DNA from: Chitinophaga pinensis
Lineage (GTDB): Bacteria; Bacteroidota; Bacteroidia; NS11-12g; UBA955
Assembly (NCBI GenBank): GCA_945890895.1
Contig: CAMDDG010000006.1
Location: 1,601-65,600 of the forward strand
Direction: 5' to 3'
Length of the DNA: 64,000 bases
Under the pieces are notes generated by a model. It made no database searches and had not been told where the DNA came from. It saw only the letters and a program-made list of their open reading frames with translations. The translations under genes were made by a program, and so were the position numbers. This document shows, piece by piece, positions 19,700 to 30,688 of the stretch. Position 1 is the first letter of the stretch; each line of letters begins with the position of its first letter.

Positions 19700-21775
19700 T
19701 TAAAATTGTTTGTTGTACTTGGCGCGCAAGGCAATAGAGACATCTAAAGTGCAATCGGTGTATATGGATACGGGAGTGTTGCCATTGTTGTAGGTGTCGA
19801 ATTTGGTTTTGAATACAATAAATTTGCATCTATCAGCATCCAATTTTTGCAATGTTTGTTTTTGCAAAAGGAAGGTCGACATGTTTTCAGATGGAGTAAC
19901 TACCTTACCGTTGCTGTTTGCGATTCCGCTCACTAACAATGTTACATCTTTAATTGAGTCAATTGGATTATACAGTGAATCGGTGAAAACTAGATCCAAT
20001 GAACCTCCCATGGGGAAACCATTTTTTGTTTTAATTTTTAACTCAACAAAATCGAAGTCAGTCAACCCTCTCAAGCTACTTCCAACATCAGAAGTATCCT
20101 TGTAAGTGAAATTCTTGGCCGTAAGTGTCATAGGAATGTTGGCTTCAAATCCAACTGAAAAACTACTTTGATTGGTAATGTGATTTTCATAAGTTCCTGT
20201 AAAACCTTCTGGATTCATGGTTGCGGTACCTTTTAAATCAAAGCTGGCTGCCGGCATGGCTAAAGCATCAACAATGTTGGAGTTGGTTTTATCCACGGTA
20301 AAATCCAATGTTTTGGTAACACCTCTTTCAGCAATACTGGGGAAAGGAAAATTTAACTCAGGTGCGTTCAAATCTAACGTGTTGCCATCTTTATCCCTAG
20401 CGATGATATCAAATTTAACCGTAACGGGTATTCCCGCTGAATTTTTAACTTTGATAATCATACTCGGATCCTCTAATCTTAAACCTTTGCCTAATTCGGC
20501 CAATTGTGAAACATCCAAGCCGTTGATATCAAAATCATAGGATCTGGTACCCAAGAAACCATCGATGTAGTTGAATTTCGCTGGACTGGCATCAAAATCC
20601 ATTTGAATGTAATTCGATGAATCAAACTCCACCATTCCTACGCTGGGTTGAATTTTAGTAACCAAATTTAATCTTAGAATGTTGTGATCTTTGTTTGGAT
20701 CCGCACCTAAGAATACCGAAGTATTGGACAAATCTACTTCGGTTGTGTTTTGTCCGGTGGGTGCAGAAATGTCAATTTTAGGAAGTGCAACACCGGCTTT
20801 TTTAGCATCGGGTAGAACCACTTCTAAATTTATTTGAGTATTAATAGTTGAGGTTGTAGTAAGTGGTAATTTTCCATATGCCATTTCTACATTTCTAAAT
20901 CTCGAGTTCAATGAAGCATTGGTTAAATCCAAAGAAAGAGCTTCAAGTGGCAATGTTTGTGCGGGAATTTTTGCTTTACCACCAATACATTTAACTCCTG
21001 AATACTGAACATCTACATCAATTCGATCGTTTAAATTGATCAAAACCGAATCATTGGATTTTTCGATTTCAATAGTGGGAACAACAAATCCCAAGTCATT
21101 GCTCAATTGTTTATTCGAAATATCGATACTGTCTTTAACGGTTGCAAATGGAGCAATATTCAACAATGTTGCTGATCCTACTAAGGTTTGAGTGGGTTTA
21201 TTGTCGTATAAACTCACATTGATTTTTGAGATGTTCGTAGGAAGTTTATTGGTAATCTTAAATACTAAATAACCACTTGAAATTTTTAAATATTCGTATT
21301 CCGCACTTTCTGCAATGTTAGTTAATGAAGTTAATTCACTTTTAATTTCTGGGAAAGTGTCTTTTGATCCGTCTTTATCTTGAAAATATTGTTTTGTAGT
21401 GTCATTCAATCCGCTAAGTACATCATTCAGCGTTACAAAAGCAGATTCGGAAATATTGTTAACAGTCAATTCACCGATGCTCACTTTTGTAAAATTGCTA
21501 CCTAATTTCAATTCATTCAGCACCGTATCTGCTTGAATCGATAATACGTCATCTTGTTTAACCGACAATCGAATTAAACCATCAGGATCGTATTGAATAA
21601 TGCTATCTTGTTTTAAGATGTCGGTAATTCTCACTTTGGCGTTAGCTAAGGGAGTTAAAACTTCGGGGTTGATGTTTGGATTATTAAACTTACCAAAATC
21701 AACTTCGTTTTTTTTACATTGCCAGGTTCCAAAAAGGAAAGTTGCAACCGATAAATAAAGTAATGGTTTCTTCAT
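19700..21775 (-). CDS. large beta-rich lipoprotein of unknown function, co-transcribed with the DUF5723 gene
   Basis: Lipoprotein signal ending WQC; repeated 'N..P' strand motifs (TNKLP, KNSAGIP, KNGFP); 9 bp gap to the next gene. Confidence 0.6.
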   Translation of the reverse strand: MKKPLLYLSVATFLFGTWQCKKNEVDFGKFNNPNINPEVLTPLANAKVRITDILKQDSIIQYDPDGLIRLSVKQDDVLSIQADTVLNELKLGSNFTKVSIGELTVNNISESAFVTLNDVLSGLNDTTKQYFQDKDGSKDTFPEIKSELTSLTNIAESAEYEYLKISSGYLVFKITNKLPTNISKINVSLYDNKPTQTLVGSATLLNIAPFATVKDSIDISNKQLSNDLGFVVPTIEIEKSNDSVLINLNDRIDVDVQYSGVKCIGGKAKIPAQTLPLEALSLDLTNASLNSRFRNVEMAYGKLPLTTTSTINTQINLEVVLPDAKKAGVALPKIDISAPTGQNTTEVDLSNTSVFLGADPNKDHNILRLNLVTKIQPSVGMVEFDSSNYIQMDFDASPAKFNYIDGFLGTRSYDFDINGLDVSQLAELGKGLRLEDPSMIIKVKNSAGIPVTVKFDIIARDKDGNTLDLNAPELNFPFPSIAERGVTKTLDFTVDKTNSNIVDALAMPAASFDLKGTATMNPEGFTGTYENHITNQSSFSVGFEANIPMTLTAKNFTYKDTSDVGSSLRGLTDFDFVELKIKTKNGFPMGGSLDLVFTDSLYNPIDSIKDVTLLVSGIANSNGKVVTPSENMSTFLLQKQTLQKLDADRCKFIVFKTKFDTYNNGNTPVSIYTDCTLDVSIALRAKYNKQF

Positions 21776-21992
21776 TGAATTTAATTAGGATGAATTTACT
21801 TAGCTTTAAGCTTTTTAATTGTTGGGGAATTTCAACCCAACTTTGATTTACAAAAATTTAAAGGAAAAAAAGAGTAAAACACCTTCGATCACACCATGCA
21901 AAATAACCACTAAAAATTAATAAATACTATCATTTTATTAATAAAAAACCATTATTTTTGGTGAACTAACCTTAAGTCAAGACACATTTGTA

Positions 21993-22631
21993 ATGAAAAT
22001 TAGCCCTGAACATTTAAAATTGAAGTTCCCCGATGTTGAGATCGAGCTTCTGAATCAAATATCAGAATTCGGCGAAGTTAAGGAAGTAGAAGCAGGTGAA
22101 GTTTTAATTCGTACAGGTCAACATCTCACATCTGTTATTATTGTACTCAGTGGAACACTAAAAATATATCGTGAAGGAGAGGATGGAGGTGAATATTTCT
22201 TATATTATTTGAAAAATAGTCAGGCTTGCGCAATGTCTTTGGCTTGTTTACGCCATCAAGAAACCAGTCAAGTTATGGCCATCGCTACCGAAGATACCGA
22301 AGTGCTCTTGATACCTATGATTAAAGTGAATGAATGGGTTAGAGAATACCAAACTTGGCAAGAATTTGTAATCAATACCTACCGAAATCGGTTTGAGGAA
22401 GTATTAACCGTTTTAGATCATGTAGCTTTTCGAGGAATGGATGAACGTCTTGAGTTCTATCTCAAAAAACAAAAATCCTTTCTGAAAAAAGGAAACGATA
22501 TTGAAATGTCTCATCAATCAATCGCTAACGATCTAAATACTTCCCGTGAAGTGGTATCTAGACTATTAAAGAAAATGGAACAACGAGGAATGTTAAAACT
22601 CCATCGTAACCATATCGAAATGTTGGGTTGA
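21993..22631 (+). CDS. Crp/Fnr family transcriptional regulator
   Basis: cNMP-binding fold (GTLKIYRE, CAMSLAC) and HTH SHQSIANDLNTSREVVSRLLK; TATTTTTG -7 box at 21953-21960. Confidence 0.92.
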   Translation: MKISPEHLKLKFPDVEIELLNQISEFGEVKEVEAGEVLIRTGQHLTSVIIVLSGTLKIYREGEDGGEYFLYYLKNSQACAMSLACLRHQETSQVMAIATEDTEVLLIPMIKVNEWVREYQTWQEFVINTYRNRFEEVLTVLDHVAFRGMDERLEFYLKKQKSFLKKGNDIEMSHQSIANDLNTSREVVSRLLKKMEQRGMLKLHRNHIEMLG

Positions 22632-22759
22632 TTGCTAATTAGATCACTTTCTGATGTATTAATTCAACTTGCAAATTACCCGGTTGCTGTTAATTGCAGG
22701 TAAATGATGCTGAAGCTACACTCCAATTGGATCCGAGGCTGTAGTAACCCTTACAACTA

Positions 22760-25108
22760 TTATTTAAGCAAGTTTACCGTGCCTTTGTAAACTTGAATTT
22801 CCTTTTCAGGATTTTTAAATGTGGCTTGGTATATATATTGACCCGGTTGACACATAGAACCATTGTAGCTACCATCCCATTTTTCATTGGGATCGTTTGT
22901 TAGGAAAATTAACTGCCCCCAACGATTGTAAACCGTAAACTCAAATTCCGTAATTCGCAATGGTGTAACTAATCCAAATTCATCATTTCGATCCTCTGAA
23001 TTTGCGGGTGTAAACGCATTTGGAAACCAATATAACGGTATGGATCGCACAATCACGGGTTTTGTTACAGTATCTGCACAACCATATTGAGTGCTGGCAA
23101 TTAGTGAAACAGTATAGGTGTTGTGTGTTTCAAATGAGTGAGAAGTATTTTCTAAAGTTGAAAAGTATCCATCCCCAAAATCCCATTCCCAACGGTCTTC
23201 AAATTTGGAATTGTCGGTAAAAATAGTGGGTTCTAACATTTTAGGTTCATCGGGATTGAAGGAAAAGTCAGCTATTGCCCTAGGGTAAATTTCAAGTGGT
23301 GATAATACTGTATCTGAACAACCATACGAATTTTCAACGCTAAAATAAATCGTATAAATTCCAAAATCTTTAAATGCTAAATTTTCTGAAGGGTTATTCG
23401 ATTTTCTGCCATCATTGAAATCCCATAAGTAACGTGAAATAGTACCAGCTCCTGGAGTGGAACCATTGGTGAATTGTATGGGTGTATACTGACAATCATT
23501 TTTGAATTGAACCGATGCATACGGTTTGGGTGCAATATAAGCTTGACGAAGGAAAGTATCTTTGCAACCTTTGCTGTTGTAAACAATTAATCGAATATCG
23601 GGCAAACCTACAGATCCGTAATAATGCTGCACTTTTTTCCCTTCTTCTTGAATGGACCCATCCCCAAAATCCCAATATTCTGCAGAAATAAAACCCGAAC
23701 CTGGCCAGCTGAATGATTCAAATCCCACTACACTGTTTTCGCAGGTGTCGGTGAGCAGAAATTTCGCCGTTGGAGCTGCTAAAATCAATGCGTTTTTATA
23801 TGCCGTGTCTTGGCAACCCGATTGAGAACGAATGACTAATCGAACGGGAAAGTTTCCAGAAGGACTGTAGTAATGAACGGGATTTTGCTGACCGCTGAAT
23901 CGACCATCTCCAAAACTCCATTGCCATTGAATGATTTTGTCGGAAGTTACGCCGGACTTATCTGTAAAAGCTACGGAGTCTTTTTCGCAATTTCCAATGA
24001 AATTAAATGCAGCACGGGGATACGGCGTGGTATCAGAGAGTGTCCAAACGCCAGAAAAATTTTGCTTGGTTCGGTAGGTTAATTGATTCTTAGATGAATT
24101 CAATGTTCCAGAAATGGGATACATCCATTTGCCCAGTGCGTCATTCCATTTAATGCTTCCCAAGTTATTTTCAGTTATTGCATCGTTACCTCCTTGAAAA
24201 TCCAAATCAGCATATTGAAAGTCCAGTGTTAAGTCGGGTTTTATTGAATATCCACCATCCTCCAATATCCAAAATCGATTTATCAAGCGTTCAGAATTTT
24301 CTCCATCACATTCATTGTCAGTATTAAATACGCCAGAAGGTAAAGGTCTATTATTGGGTTTGGGGACGTCCGGAGTGGGGTAGGTTGAAACCGATACATA
24401 TCCCGAATCCAACAGGTTTTGACCAATATTATTGGCTGTGAATTGAAATGTAACCCGCTGACCATTCATATTCAGAAACGGGATGGTAAAAACAGGACCA
24501 CCATCTGCTTTTCGAATATTCCACTGCAAACGTCCATACCCAGAAGAAGGACTGCTTTCTGAAATAATTCCTCCTGTACTTGAATAGGTAAGGGCAGTAG
24601 AATTTTTGTTATTTACAATGAGCGTTCTTGAATTTAAAAACAATTGGGTATTATTTAGTCTTAAAACTCCTGAACCACCGCCGTTAACTCCTCCACCAAC
24701 CAAAGTATTCACAAATAGACCTACAGTTCCATTTCCGCTCAAGTTCAAATCGGGAAAATGGGTTGTAAAATTACCATCAACGGATATATTGCTTCCGCGA
24801 AGTACAACTCGACCGTCGTTAGAAACAAAAACAGGGGAGGATCCATTATTGGTCCAATTATTACTAACAATGAAAAATGAATTGGGTGCTAATTTAATAG
24901 CCGATTTCCCGTTTGATTTATAATTACCATTAATGCCATTTACAATAATGTTGGATCCAGGTGTTTGAACAATGAAGCCGCCGTTTTGAACCAATCCTTG
25001 TGCTTTAACCACAAAGAAACAGCACATAAATAAAAGAGCTGTAAAACTGCGTTTAATGAAATGGTTTGAACGAAAAGAAATCATAAGTGCAGACGTTTTA
25101 ACTTTCAA
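22760..25108 (-). CDS. PKD-repeat surface protein with T9SS type B C-terminal sorting domain
   Basis: Four WxFGDG/WDFNDG PKD repeats; C-terminal PNAFTP...YNRWGQ..WDG..G.YIY..GTVNLLK. Start TTG 25108 or ATG 25084. Confidence 0.88.
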   Translation of the reverse strand: MKVKTSALMISFRSNHFIKRSFTALLFMCCFFVVKAQGLVQNGGFIVQTPGSNIIVNGINGNYKSNGKSAIKLAPNSFFIVSNNWTNNGSSPVFVSNDGRVVLRGSNISVDGNFTTHFPDLNLSGNGTVGLFVNTLVGGGVNGGGSGVLRLNNTQLFLNSRTLIVNNKNSTALTYSSTGGIISESSPSSGYGRLQWNIRKADGGPVFTIPFLNMNGQRVTFQFTANNIGQNLLDSGYVSVSTYPTPDVPKPNNRPLPSGVFNTDNECDGENSERLINRFWILEDGGYSIKPDLTLDFQYADLDFQGGNDAITENNLGSIKWNDALGKWMYPISGTLNSSKNQLTYRTKQNFSGVWTLSDTTPYPRAAFNFIGNCEKDSVAFTDKSGVTSDKIIQWQWSFGDGRFSGQQNPVHYYSPSGNFPVRLVIRSQSGCQDTAYKNALILAAPTAKFLLTDTCENSVVGFESFSWPGSGFISAEYWDFGDGSIQEEGKKVQHYYGSVGLPDIRLIVYNSKGCKDTFLRQAYIAPKPYASVQFKNDCQYTPIQFTNGSTPGAGTISRYLWDFNDGRKSNNPSENLAFKDFGIYTIYFSVENSYGCSDTVLSPLEIYPRAIADFSFNPDEPKMLEPTIFTDNSKFEDRWEWDFGDGYFSTLENTSHSFETHNTYTVSLIASTQYGCADTVTKPVIVRSIPLYWFPNAFTPANSEDRNDEFGLVTPLRITEFEFTVYNRWGQLIFLTNDPNEKWDGSYNGSMCQPGQYIYQATFKNPEKEIQVYKGTVNLLK

Positions 25109-25122
25109 AACAACAGTGCGAT

Positions 25123-26955
25123 TTATTTTGAACGGGATTGTTCGATCAACGATTTATTCAATTGAATAATCTCTTGATTTTGCTTAATTAATTCCTGAAT
25201 TTGTAGTTGCTGTTGTTGCAATTGAAGTGCTTGTTTTTCTATCATGACTTGTTGCTCTTGAACTGCCTTTACCAAGGGAACAACGAATTCGCTGTATCGC
25301 AAACCGTAATAATCTTTGTCATTTTTAGGTTTATCAACACCCGAAAAATCGTAACCAACAGAATTCGCAGCTTTTTCAACTTCTTGAGCAATAAAACCGG
25401 AGTAACGGATTTTTTCTTGGTCGTATTTCCCTTTGAATTTGATGGTATCGGAATCCATACCCAAAAAGGCATTGATTCCTCGAACATCGAGATTGTAAGT
25501 TACCGGTTCTAATTTCATTATAAATTCCAAACCCTTAACTGATTTTTGTATGTTTCGTTTGAAACGGGCATCACTTAAATTCGTCCAAGCCACACTTCCC
25601 CCAATACTCGTAACGGATGTATTGCCTACACGAACTTGGTTACTTGCAGTAGTACGGGTTGAAGAACCTAAAGCGGTAGTGTTGTCCAAATCGGTTTGAT
25701 TGGGTCCGTTATAATACCCCAAAGAACTGTTGTAGTATCCTGTGCCATTTTGAAATCCCGCATAATAACCCACACCTTGATTGTAGTATCCCGAACTGTT
25801 GTAATAACCAGCTGCATAACCTACAAATGCATTTCCAATACCCAGATTATTAGAAGCCAGAGAATAGTTCCCCAAACCAGAATTGTAGTGACCATAAACA
25901 TTATATCCCAAAGCGTAATACCCAACTGCTGCATTCATTACACCTGAAATGTTGTAGTATAACGTGTACATTCCAACACCCACATTGTAGGTCCCCGATG
26001 TATTGGTATACAAGCTTCGATAACCAATACCCACATTATAGCTACCTGAGGTGTTTGACCTCAACGGTTCATATCCAATTCCCACATTGTACGAACCGGT
26101 AGAATTGGCATACAATGAAGCCGCTCCCAATCCCGTGTTGTAATTACCGGTGTTGTTGTCGTACATCGCTTGCCATCCTAAAGCAGTATTGTAATAACCA
26201 CCCTGATTGGCACTTAACGCTTCTCTTCCAATTGCAATATTGGAATATCCAGTAGAACTTGAATTGGATAAGTATCCCAAAGATATGTTGCTGTTGGTAT
26301 GGTTTAATTCTCCGAACCACGTATTGTTTACACGAAATTTCAAAGGCACCGAACTCAAGGTACCTATAAAGTTATTGGTATTTAAACCACTGTTACCAGA
26401 AGTCCCCCAAAATCCGTTTAAATGTACAAACCCACCGTTTTTTGATAAATAAACAGTGTCTTTCGAAAGTCGAATTTTTTGAATTTCATTATTGGTATCG
26501 TTGTCGATGAATTTTTTTGTAGTTGCAACGGTTATTTGGCCGTACTCATTCACCGTTAAAAGCGGATATTCTTGGTCATTTCCATAAGTTCCAGATGTAA
26601 CTCCAGGTTTAACCATATCAACTGCTCCTTTTCCTTGGACATACCCTCCAGTTAATCCCTTTCCAAATGTCATGGAACGCATGAGAGGTACCCATTTATT
26701 GGACTCGTAATACCAGAATCCAACAGTGTCGTCAGTTTGGTAAATCAATAATCCATTCGCAGGTGTATTTATTAAAAATTTTTGAGCGCGCGTTAACCTT
26801 GGAACTAAAATACCCTTGTTTGTTGAAGTTACATCCAACATAGCCGATCCATCAGGATTGGACCCCGTTTCATTAATACCTACGTTTTGGGAATATAACC
26901 CGCAAGAAAATAAAAAAAGCGCAACGAAAAATTGAATTTTGTAGTATTTTACCAT
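25123..26955 (-). CDS. secreted tail-fibre-like protein with 17-aa Gly/Asn/Tyr repeats and peptidase S74 intramolecular chaperone domain
   Basis: QNVGIN...SAMLDVTSTNKGILVPRL head; repeats; SDARFKRNI, GFIAQEVE, LRYSEFVVPLVKAVQEQ then coiled coil. Confidence 0.85.
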   Translation of the reverse strand: MVKYYKIQFFVALFLFSCGLYSQNVGINETGSNPDGSAMLDVTSTNKGILVPRLTRAQKFLINTPANGLLIYQTDDTVGFWYYESNKWVPLMRSMTFGKGLTGGYVQGKGAVDMVKPGVTSGTYGNDQEYPLLTVNEYGQITVATTKKFIDNDTNNEIQKIRLSKDTVYLSKNGGFVHLNGFWGTSGNSGLNTNNFIGTLSSVPLKFRVNNTWFGELNHTNSNISLGYLSNSSSTGYSNIAIGREALSANQGGYYNTALGWQAMYDNNTGNYNTGLGAASLYANSTGSYNVGIGYEPLRSNTSGSYNVGIGYRSLYTNTSGTYNVGVGMYTLYYNISGVMNAAVGYYALGYNVYGHYNSGLGNYSLASNNLGIGNAFVGYAAGYYNSSGYYNQGVGYYAGFQNGTGYYNSSLGYYNGPNQTDLDNTTALGSSTRTTASNQVRVGNTSVTSIGGSVAWTNLSDARFKRNIQKSVKGLEFIMKLEPVTYNLDVRGINAFLGMDSDTIKFKGKYDQEKIRYSGFIAQEVEKAANSVGYDFSGVDKPKNDKDYYGLRYSEFVVPLVKAVQEQQVMIEKQALQLQQQQLQIQELIKQNQEIIQLNKSLIEQSRSK

Positions 26956-27016
26956 TCGTTTGTCGATAAATTAATTTAGATATTGAAATTTTACAGCGCG
27001 TAAATATAGGTAAATT

Positions 27017-27793
27017 TCAACACTTTTTAATTAATATTACGGGTTCGAATGGATTTAAATGATGAATTTCTTTAGTGATTGATTGCTGGATATCCGACAA
27101 GCTAGCATTAATTCCCCAAGATTTCCAACGATCAACGAAATCATTGCCATAAAGTCGTACATGATCCCATTGTCCTAATAAATCTTGCCTCTTTCGGCTG
27201 TTCCAATTTCGTTCGGCTTCAATAGTTTCAGATAAAATTGGAGAAAATGGAATTTGCACTATTGCCATTCCATCGGGTTTTAATACGCGACTGATTTCTA
27301 AGAGTGCTTGCTTTTCTTCTAAAATATGCTCTAAAACGTGATTGCAAATAATCCAATCGAATGAATTGTCCTTAAATTTTAATCGCCTTAAATCACCAAA
27401 TTGGACTTCATGACTATATGCGAATTTATATCCTTTTGATCGATTATCGATTCCGCTAATTTCGCAATTGAATTTTCGTTTAATGGCATTAAACAATGGA
27501 CGTTCCGGTGCTACATGTAATACTTTTATGCTTTTCTGGGGATGGAATACTTGTTCGCACAAAAACTGAAAAACCAAACGATCTCTGTCAGAAGAAGCAC
27601 AACGAGGACAATCAACATATCGTTTACCGCCACCAATTACTTTGAACTTTTGTAGAACGGGTAAATCGTGACCTCTTGGAAACCAATAATTTGGATAAAA
27701 ACCACAAATGTTACATTGCTTAAGGTTTTTCTTTGCAGAATTCCAATATTTGGCATCAAAAAAAAATTGCGGTATGAACTGAAACCATTTCAA
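27017..27793 (-). CDS. class I SAM-dependent methyltransferase with N-terminal CxxC pairs
   Basis: CNIC, CPRC..RDR, LHVAPE, FDWIICNHVLEH, GQWDHVRLYG. Confidence 0.85.
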   Translation of the reverse strand: MKWFQFIPQFFFDAKYWNSAKKNLKQCNICGFYPNYWFPRGHDLPVLQKFKVIGGGKRYVDCPRCASSDRDRLVFQFLCEQVFHPQKSIKVLHVAPERPLFNAIKRKFNCEISGIDNRSKGYKFAYSHEVQFGDLRRLKFKDNSFDWIICNHVLEHILEEKQALLEISRVLKPDGMAIVQIPFSPILSETIEAERNWNSRKRQDLLGQWDHVRLYGNDFVDRWKSWGINASLSDIQQSITKEIHHLNPFEPVILIKKC

Positions 27794-27872
27794 TACCGCA
27801 ATTTAAACTATAGAAATAAAAAATAGTACTTTTATCGGTTCATTCAGCAGATAAAAGCGCTCATTCGTTAAA

Positions 27873-28931
27873 TTATTTAACGCTTACTAACTCTGTGTCG
27901 AAAATTAATGTGGCATTCGGAGGAATCACTCCACCCGCACCGCGTTTGCCATAACCCAATTCAGAAGGGATAATTAATTTGTATTTCGCACCCACTTTCA
28001 TTAAAGCAATACCTTCGTCCCAACCCGGAATAACTTGACCAATACCCAATTTGAAATCAATAGGTTGACCGCGTTTATACGAATTATCAAACTCAGTACC
28101 GTTGGCCAATTTACCAGAATAATGAACAGCAACGGTCTTGCCTTTTGAAGCCAATTCACCTGTACCTTCTTGTTCAACTACGTACCAAAGACCTGTTCCT
28201 GTAGGCTTTGCTGTTGGGTAGGTGGTTTTTACCCAGTTTTCAAATTTCATTTTTTCAGCTTCTTCAGCTTTTGCTTTTTTCTGTACCATGTCTGATTGAT
28301 ATTGTGCCATTGCAGCCTGATCTGCCTTGAAGTTCTTTGCCTCTTTTCCTACACGGATGATTTCTATCGTTTCAATTTTATCGCCTTGTTGAATGGCATT
28401 CACTACATCTTGACCGGTTATTACTTTTCCAAAAACGGTATGCATACCATCCAACCAAGGAGTAGCAACGTGAGTGATAAAGAATTGAGAGCCGTTGGTT
28501 CCAGGTCCAGCATTAGCCATGGATAAAATGCCGGGTCCAGTGTGCTTTAATTCTGGCACGATTTCATCATCAAAGCGGTATCCAGGTCCACCAGAACCAT
28601 TGCCCGATGGATCGCCACCTTGAATCATGAAGTCAGCAATTACACGGTGAAAAGTCAATCCATTGTAGAACGGAGTTCCTTTTTCTTTGGCGTTATTATC
28701 AATTTTACCTTCTGCTAATCCAACAAAGTTACACACTGTTAAAGGAGTTTTATCGTAATGCAATTGCAATAAAATTTCACCTTTGTTGGTAATCATTTTT
28801 GCGTAAAGTCCATCGGGTAGACCATTTCCACCACCTGAAACTTCGGGATCGTTATACTGATTTGTCATAATGTTTGCAGATAAAAAGCTACTGGTCAACA
28901 CTGCGGTTGAAAGTAGGAACCAATTTTTCAT
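27873..28931 (-). CDS. peptidyl-prolyl cis-trans isomerase, cyclophilin + FKBP fusion
   Basis: [33 protein letters not shown] (cyclophilin); [24 protein letters not shown] (FKBP). Start 28931 or 28943. Confidence 0.95.
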   Translation of the reverse strand: MKNWFLLSTAVLTSSFLSANIMTNQYNDPEVSGGGNGLPDGLYAKMITNKGEILLQLHYDKTPLTVCNFVGLAEGKIDNNAKEKGTPFYNGLTFHRVIADFMIQGGDPSGNGSGGPGYRFDDEIVPELKHTGPGILSMANAGPGTNGSQFFITHVATPWLDGMHTVFGKVITGQDVVNAIQQGDKIETIEIIRVGKEAKNFKADQAAMAQYQSDMVQKKAKAEEAEKMKFENWVKTTYPTAKPTGTGLWYVVEQEGTGELASKGKTVAVHYSGKLANGTEFDNSYKRGQPIDFKLGIGQVIPGWDEGIALMKVGAKYKLIIPSELGYGKRGAGGVIPPNATLIFDTELVSVK

Positions 28932-28932
28932 T

Positions 28933-29295
28933 TTAGTTATCATGGTTATTTGTTCTAATTTGTTGTTGTAGTTTTTTAGGCAATTTTTGTACCACAAGTT
29001 CATAGCTGTTATCAATTTGTTCGGAAATAAATACTTCAGAAAGCCCATTGAGCTCAATTTGATTCCATAATTTCTTATTCATGTGATATGCCCCTTGAAT
29101 TTGTTCGTATTGTTCGCGGAGTTCAACAGCTAAATCTGGGTCGCATTTTACTGCAATGGTGTTGAAATCTTGAATGTCAGCCAAGCAAAACATTTTACCC
29201 GCTACTTTCCAAACACAAGTCGTTTCATCAAACGGAAACGTTGCTTCGGTTGCAGGTTTGCTCAGACAATATTCGTTGACCCAGTCAAAATTCAT
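28933..29295 (-). CDS. MmcQ/YjbR family DNA-binding protein
   Basis: [29 protein letters not shown]. Start set at MNFDWVNEY. Confidence 0.9.
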   Translation of the reverse strand: MNFDWVNEYCLSKPATEATFPFDETTCVWKVAGKMFCLADIQDFNTIAVKCDPDLAVELREQYEQIQGAYHMNKKLWNQIELNGLSEVFISEQIDNSYELVVQKLPKKLQQQIRTNNHDN

Positions 29296-29476
29296 CGGCG
29301 ATAATTTTACAAAACTAACCATTCCGTGTAAATTTGTAAAATTAATCGACCAACACATTCGTTTAAACTATTGTTTAAAGTTCGAATTGCCCTATATGAA
29401 GAACCGAAATTTCGAAATGTGCACAGCACAACCATCCCCCGAAAAGCTGAAAAATCCCATGCAAAATCCCCTAGTA

Positions 29477-30688
29477 ATGTTGAAATTTAGAATATTATAC
29501 TCTTATTTACTCCTTTTGGGGATGCTAATTCTGCTCCCATCTTGGTTGATTTCTCAAACATCCAAGCCAACTACAATAAAAAATAAATCGAATAAAGTTG
29601 CGATGGATAACAGAACCATCCAAGAACAAGGCTTGCCTCCCATAACTCAACTAAAAAAGCGAAGAATTCGATGGGAAGCCATTCAATTTATGGACAATGG
29701 CGATGCATATTACAAAGATGAACCCTATACAGGTGGTGCTTACGCGCTATTTCCTTCGAAAAATCCCAATACAACAGAAGCACCTAAAATTGCCAAAGAA
29801 GGGGAGTTTTTAAACGGAAAACTTCACGGAGAGTATAAAGTGTACAATCCCAAAGGACAATTCATCTCTCGAGAGACCTACAATCAAGGAAAAAAAGACG
29901 GTATATTTTACTACTATTATGAAACCGGTGAATTGGAAGTAAAAGGGGTTATGAAATTGGAAGTTTTACACGGTTTGGTGGAAGGATTTTACGCTTCTGG
30001 AGCGAAGTACTATATTAATGTATACACTGACGGCGCAAGAGATGGTAAATGCGTATCGTACTTTGAAAATGGTCAATTGGAAAATGAATCAGAATACAAA
30101 ATGGGTATTCCCGTGGGAGTTCATTACGGTTATTTCCCCGATGGTACAGTGAGATATATGAAATCATTTAATTCAGAAGGACAGCTACACGGTGCTAATT
30201 ATGTGTTTCATCGCACTGGTTGCGAAGCTTTGGAAGAATATTATAAAAACGGAAAATTGGATTCAGTTCAACGTGCTTGGGATGCATTGAGTTGTTTTTT
30301 AATTCGTTCAGGCAATTATAAATTAGGTGAGAAAGATGGTATTTTTGCTGAGCTGAATATGTTTGGCGATACCTTAAAAATTGAATCCTATAAAAACGGA
30401 ATAAGACATGGTTTTTTCGGATCTTACATAGAACAAAAACCGGAAGAAGATGATGCAAATCCACGTCCTCGAATTGTTACAGAAATGGAAGGACTTTATT
30501 TGGATGGTTTGGCTGAAGGCTATTGGGTTTACGGTCAGGTTTCGCATTATCAAGAGCGAAAAGGCACTTACAAAAAAGGCGTAAAAATAGGTACTTGGTT
30601 ATACTACGATCATCGTGGTGAATTGCTTTTGGAACAGAATTTTGATGAAAACGGAGACCAAATTGGAGGGAAAATCTATGAAAATTGA
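29477..30688 (+). CDS. exported MORN-variant repeat protein (YwqK-like)
   Basis: Many Y..G..HG/DG...YY.NG repeats. Signal peptide from 29477 (alternative starts 29396, 29459). -7 box TAAATTTG at 29329-29336. Confidence 0.8.
   Translation: MLKFRILYSYLLLLGMLILLPSWLISQTSKPTTIKNKSNKVAMDNRTIQEQGLPPITQLKKRRIRWEAIQFMDNGDAYYKDEPYTGGAYALFPSKNPNTTEAPKIAKEGEFLNGKLHGEYKVYNPKGQFISRETYNQGKKDGIFYYYYETGELEVKGVMKLEVLHGLVEGFYASGAKYYINVYTDGARDGKCVSYFENGQLENESEYKMGIPVGVHYGYFPDGTVRYMKSFNSEGQLHGANYVFHRTGCEALEEYYKNGKLDSVQRAWDALSCFLIRSGNYKLGEKDGIFAELNMFGDTLKIESYKNGIRHGFFGSYIEQKPEEDDANPRPRIVTEMEGLYLDGLAEGYWVYGQVSHYQERKGTYKKGVKIGTWLYYDHRGELLLEQNFDENGDQIGGKIYEN

Noticed and set aside
23169-23670. CATCCCCAAAA near-copies of the dispersed motif (also 2551 and GTGGGGATGT at ~14741)
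   Set aside because: Explained by conserved protein motifs (FGDG in PKD/AroC, CGDVG in Mfd) and at least 2 mismatches; not counted as motif copies.
25123-26955. Prophage remnant suggested by tail-fibre/S74 domains
   Set aside because: Has a signal peptide and no neighbouring phage, integrase or att features; a common chromosomal Bacteroidota architecture.
29477-30688. Toxin-antitoxin system (YwqK-like label)
   Set aside because: Only MORN-variant repeats with a signal peptide; no adjacent toxin gene.
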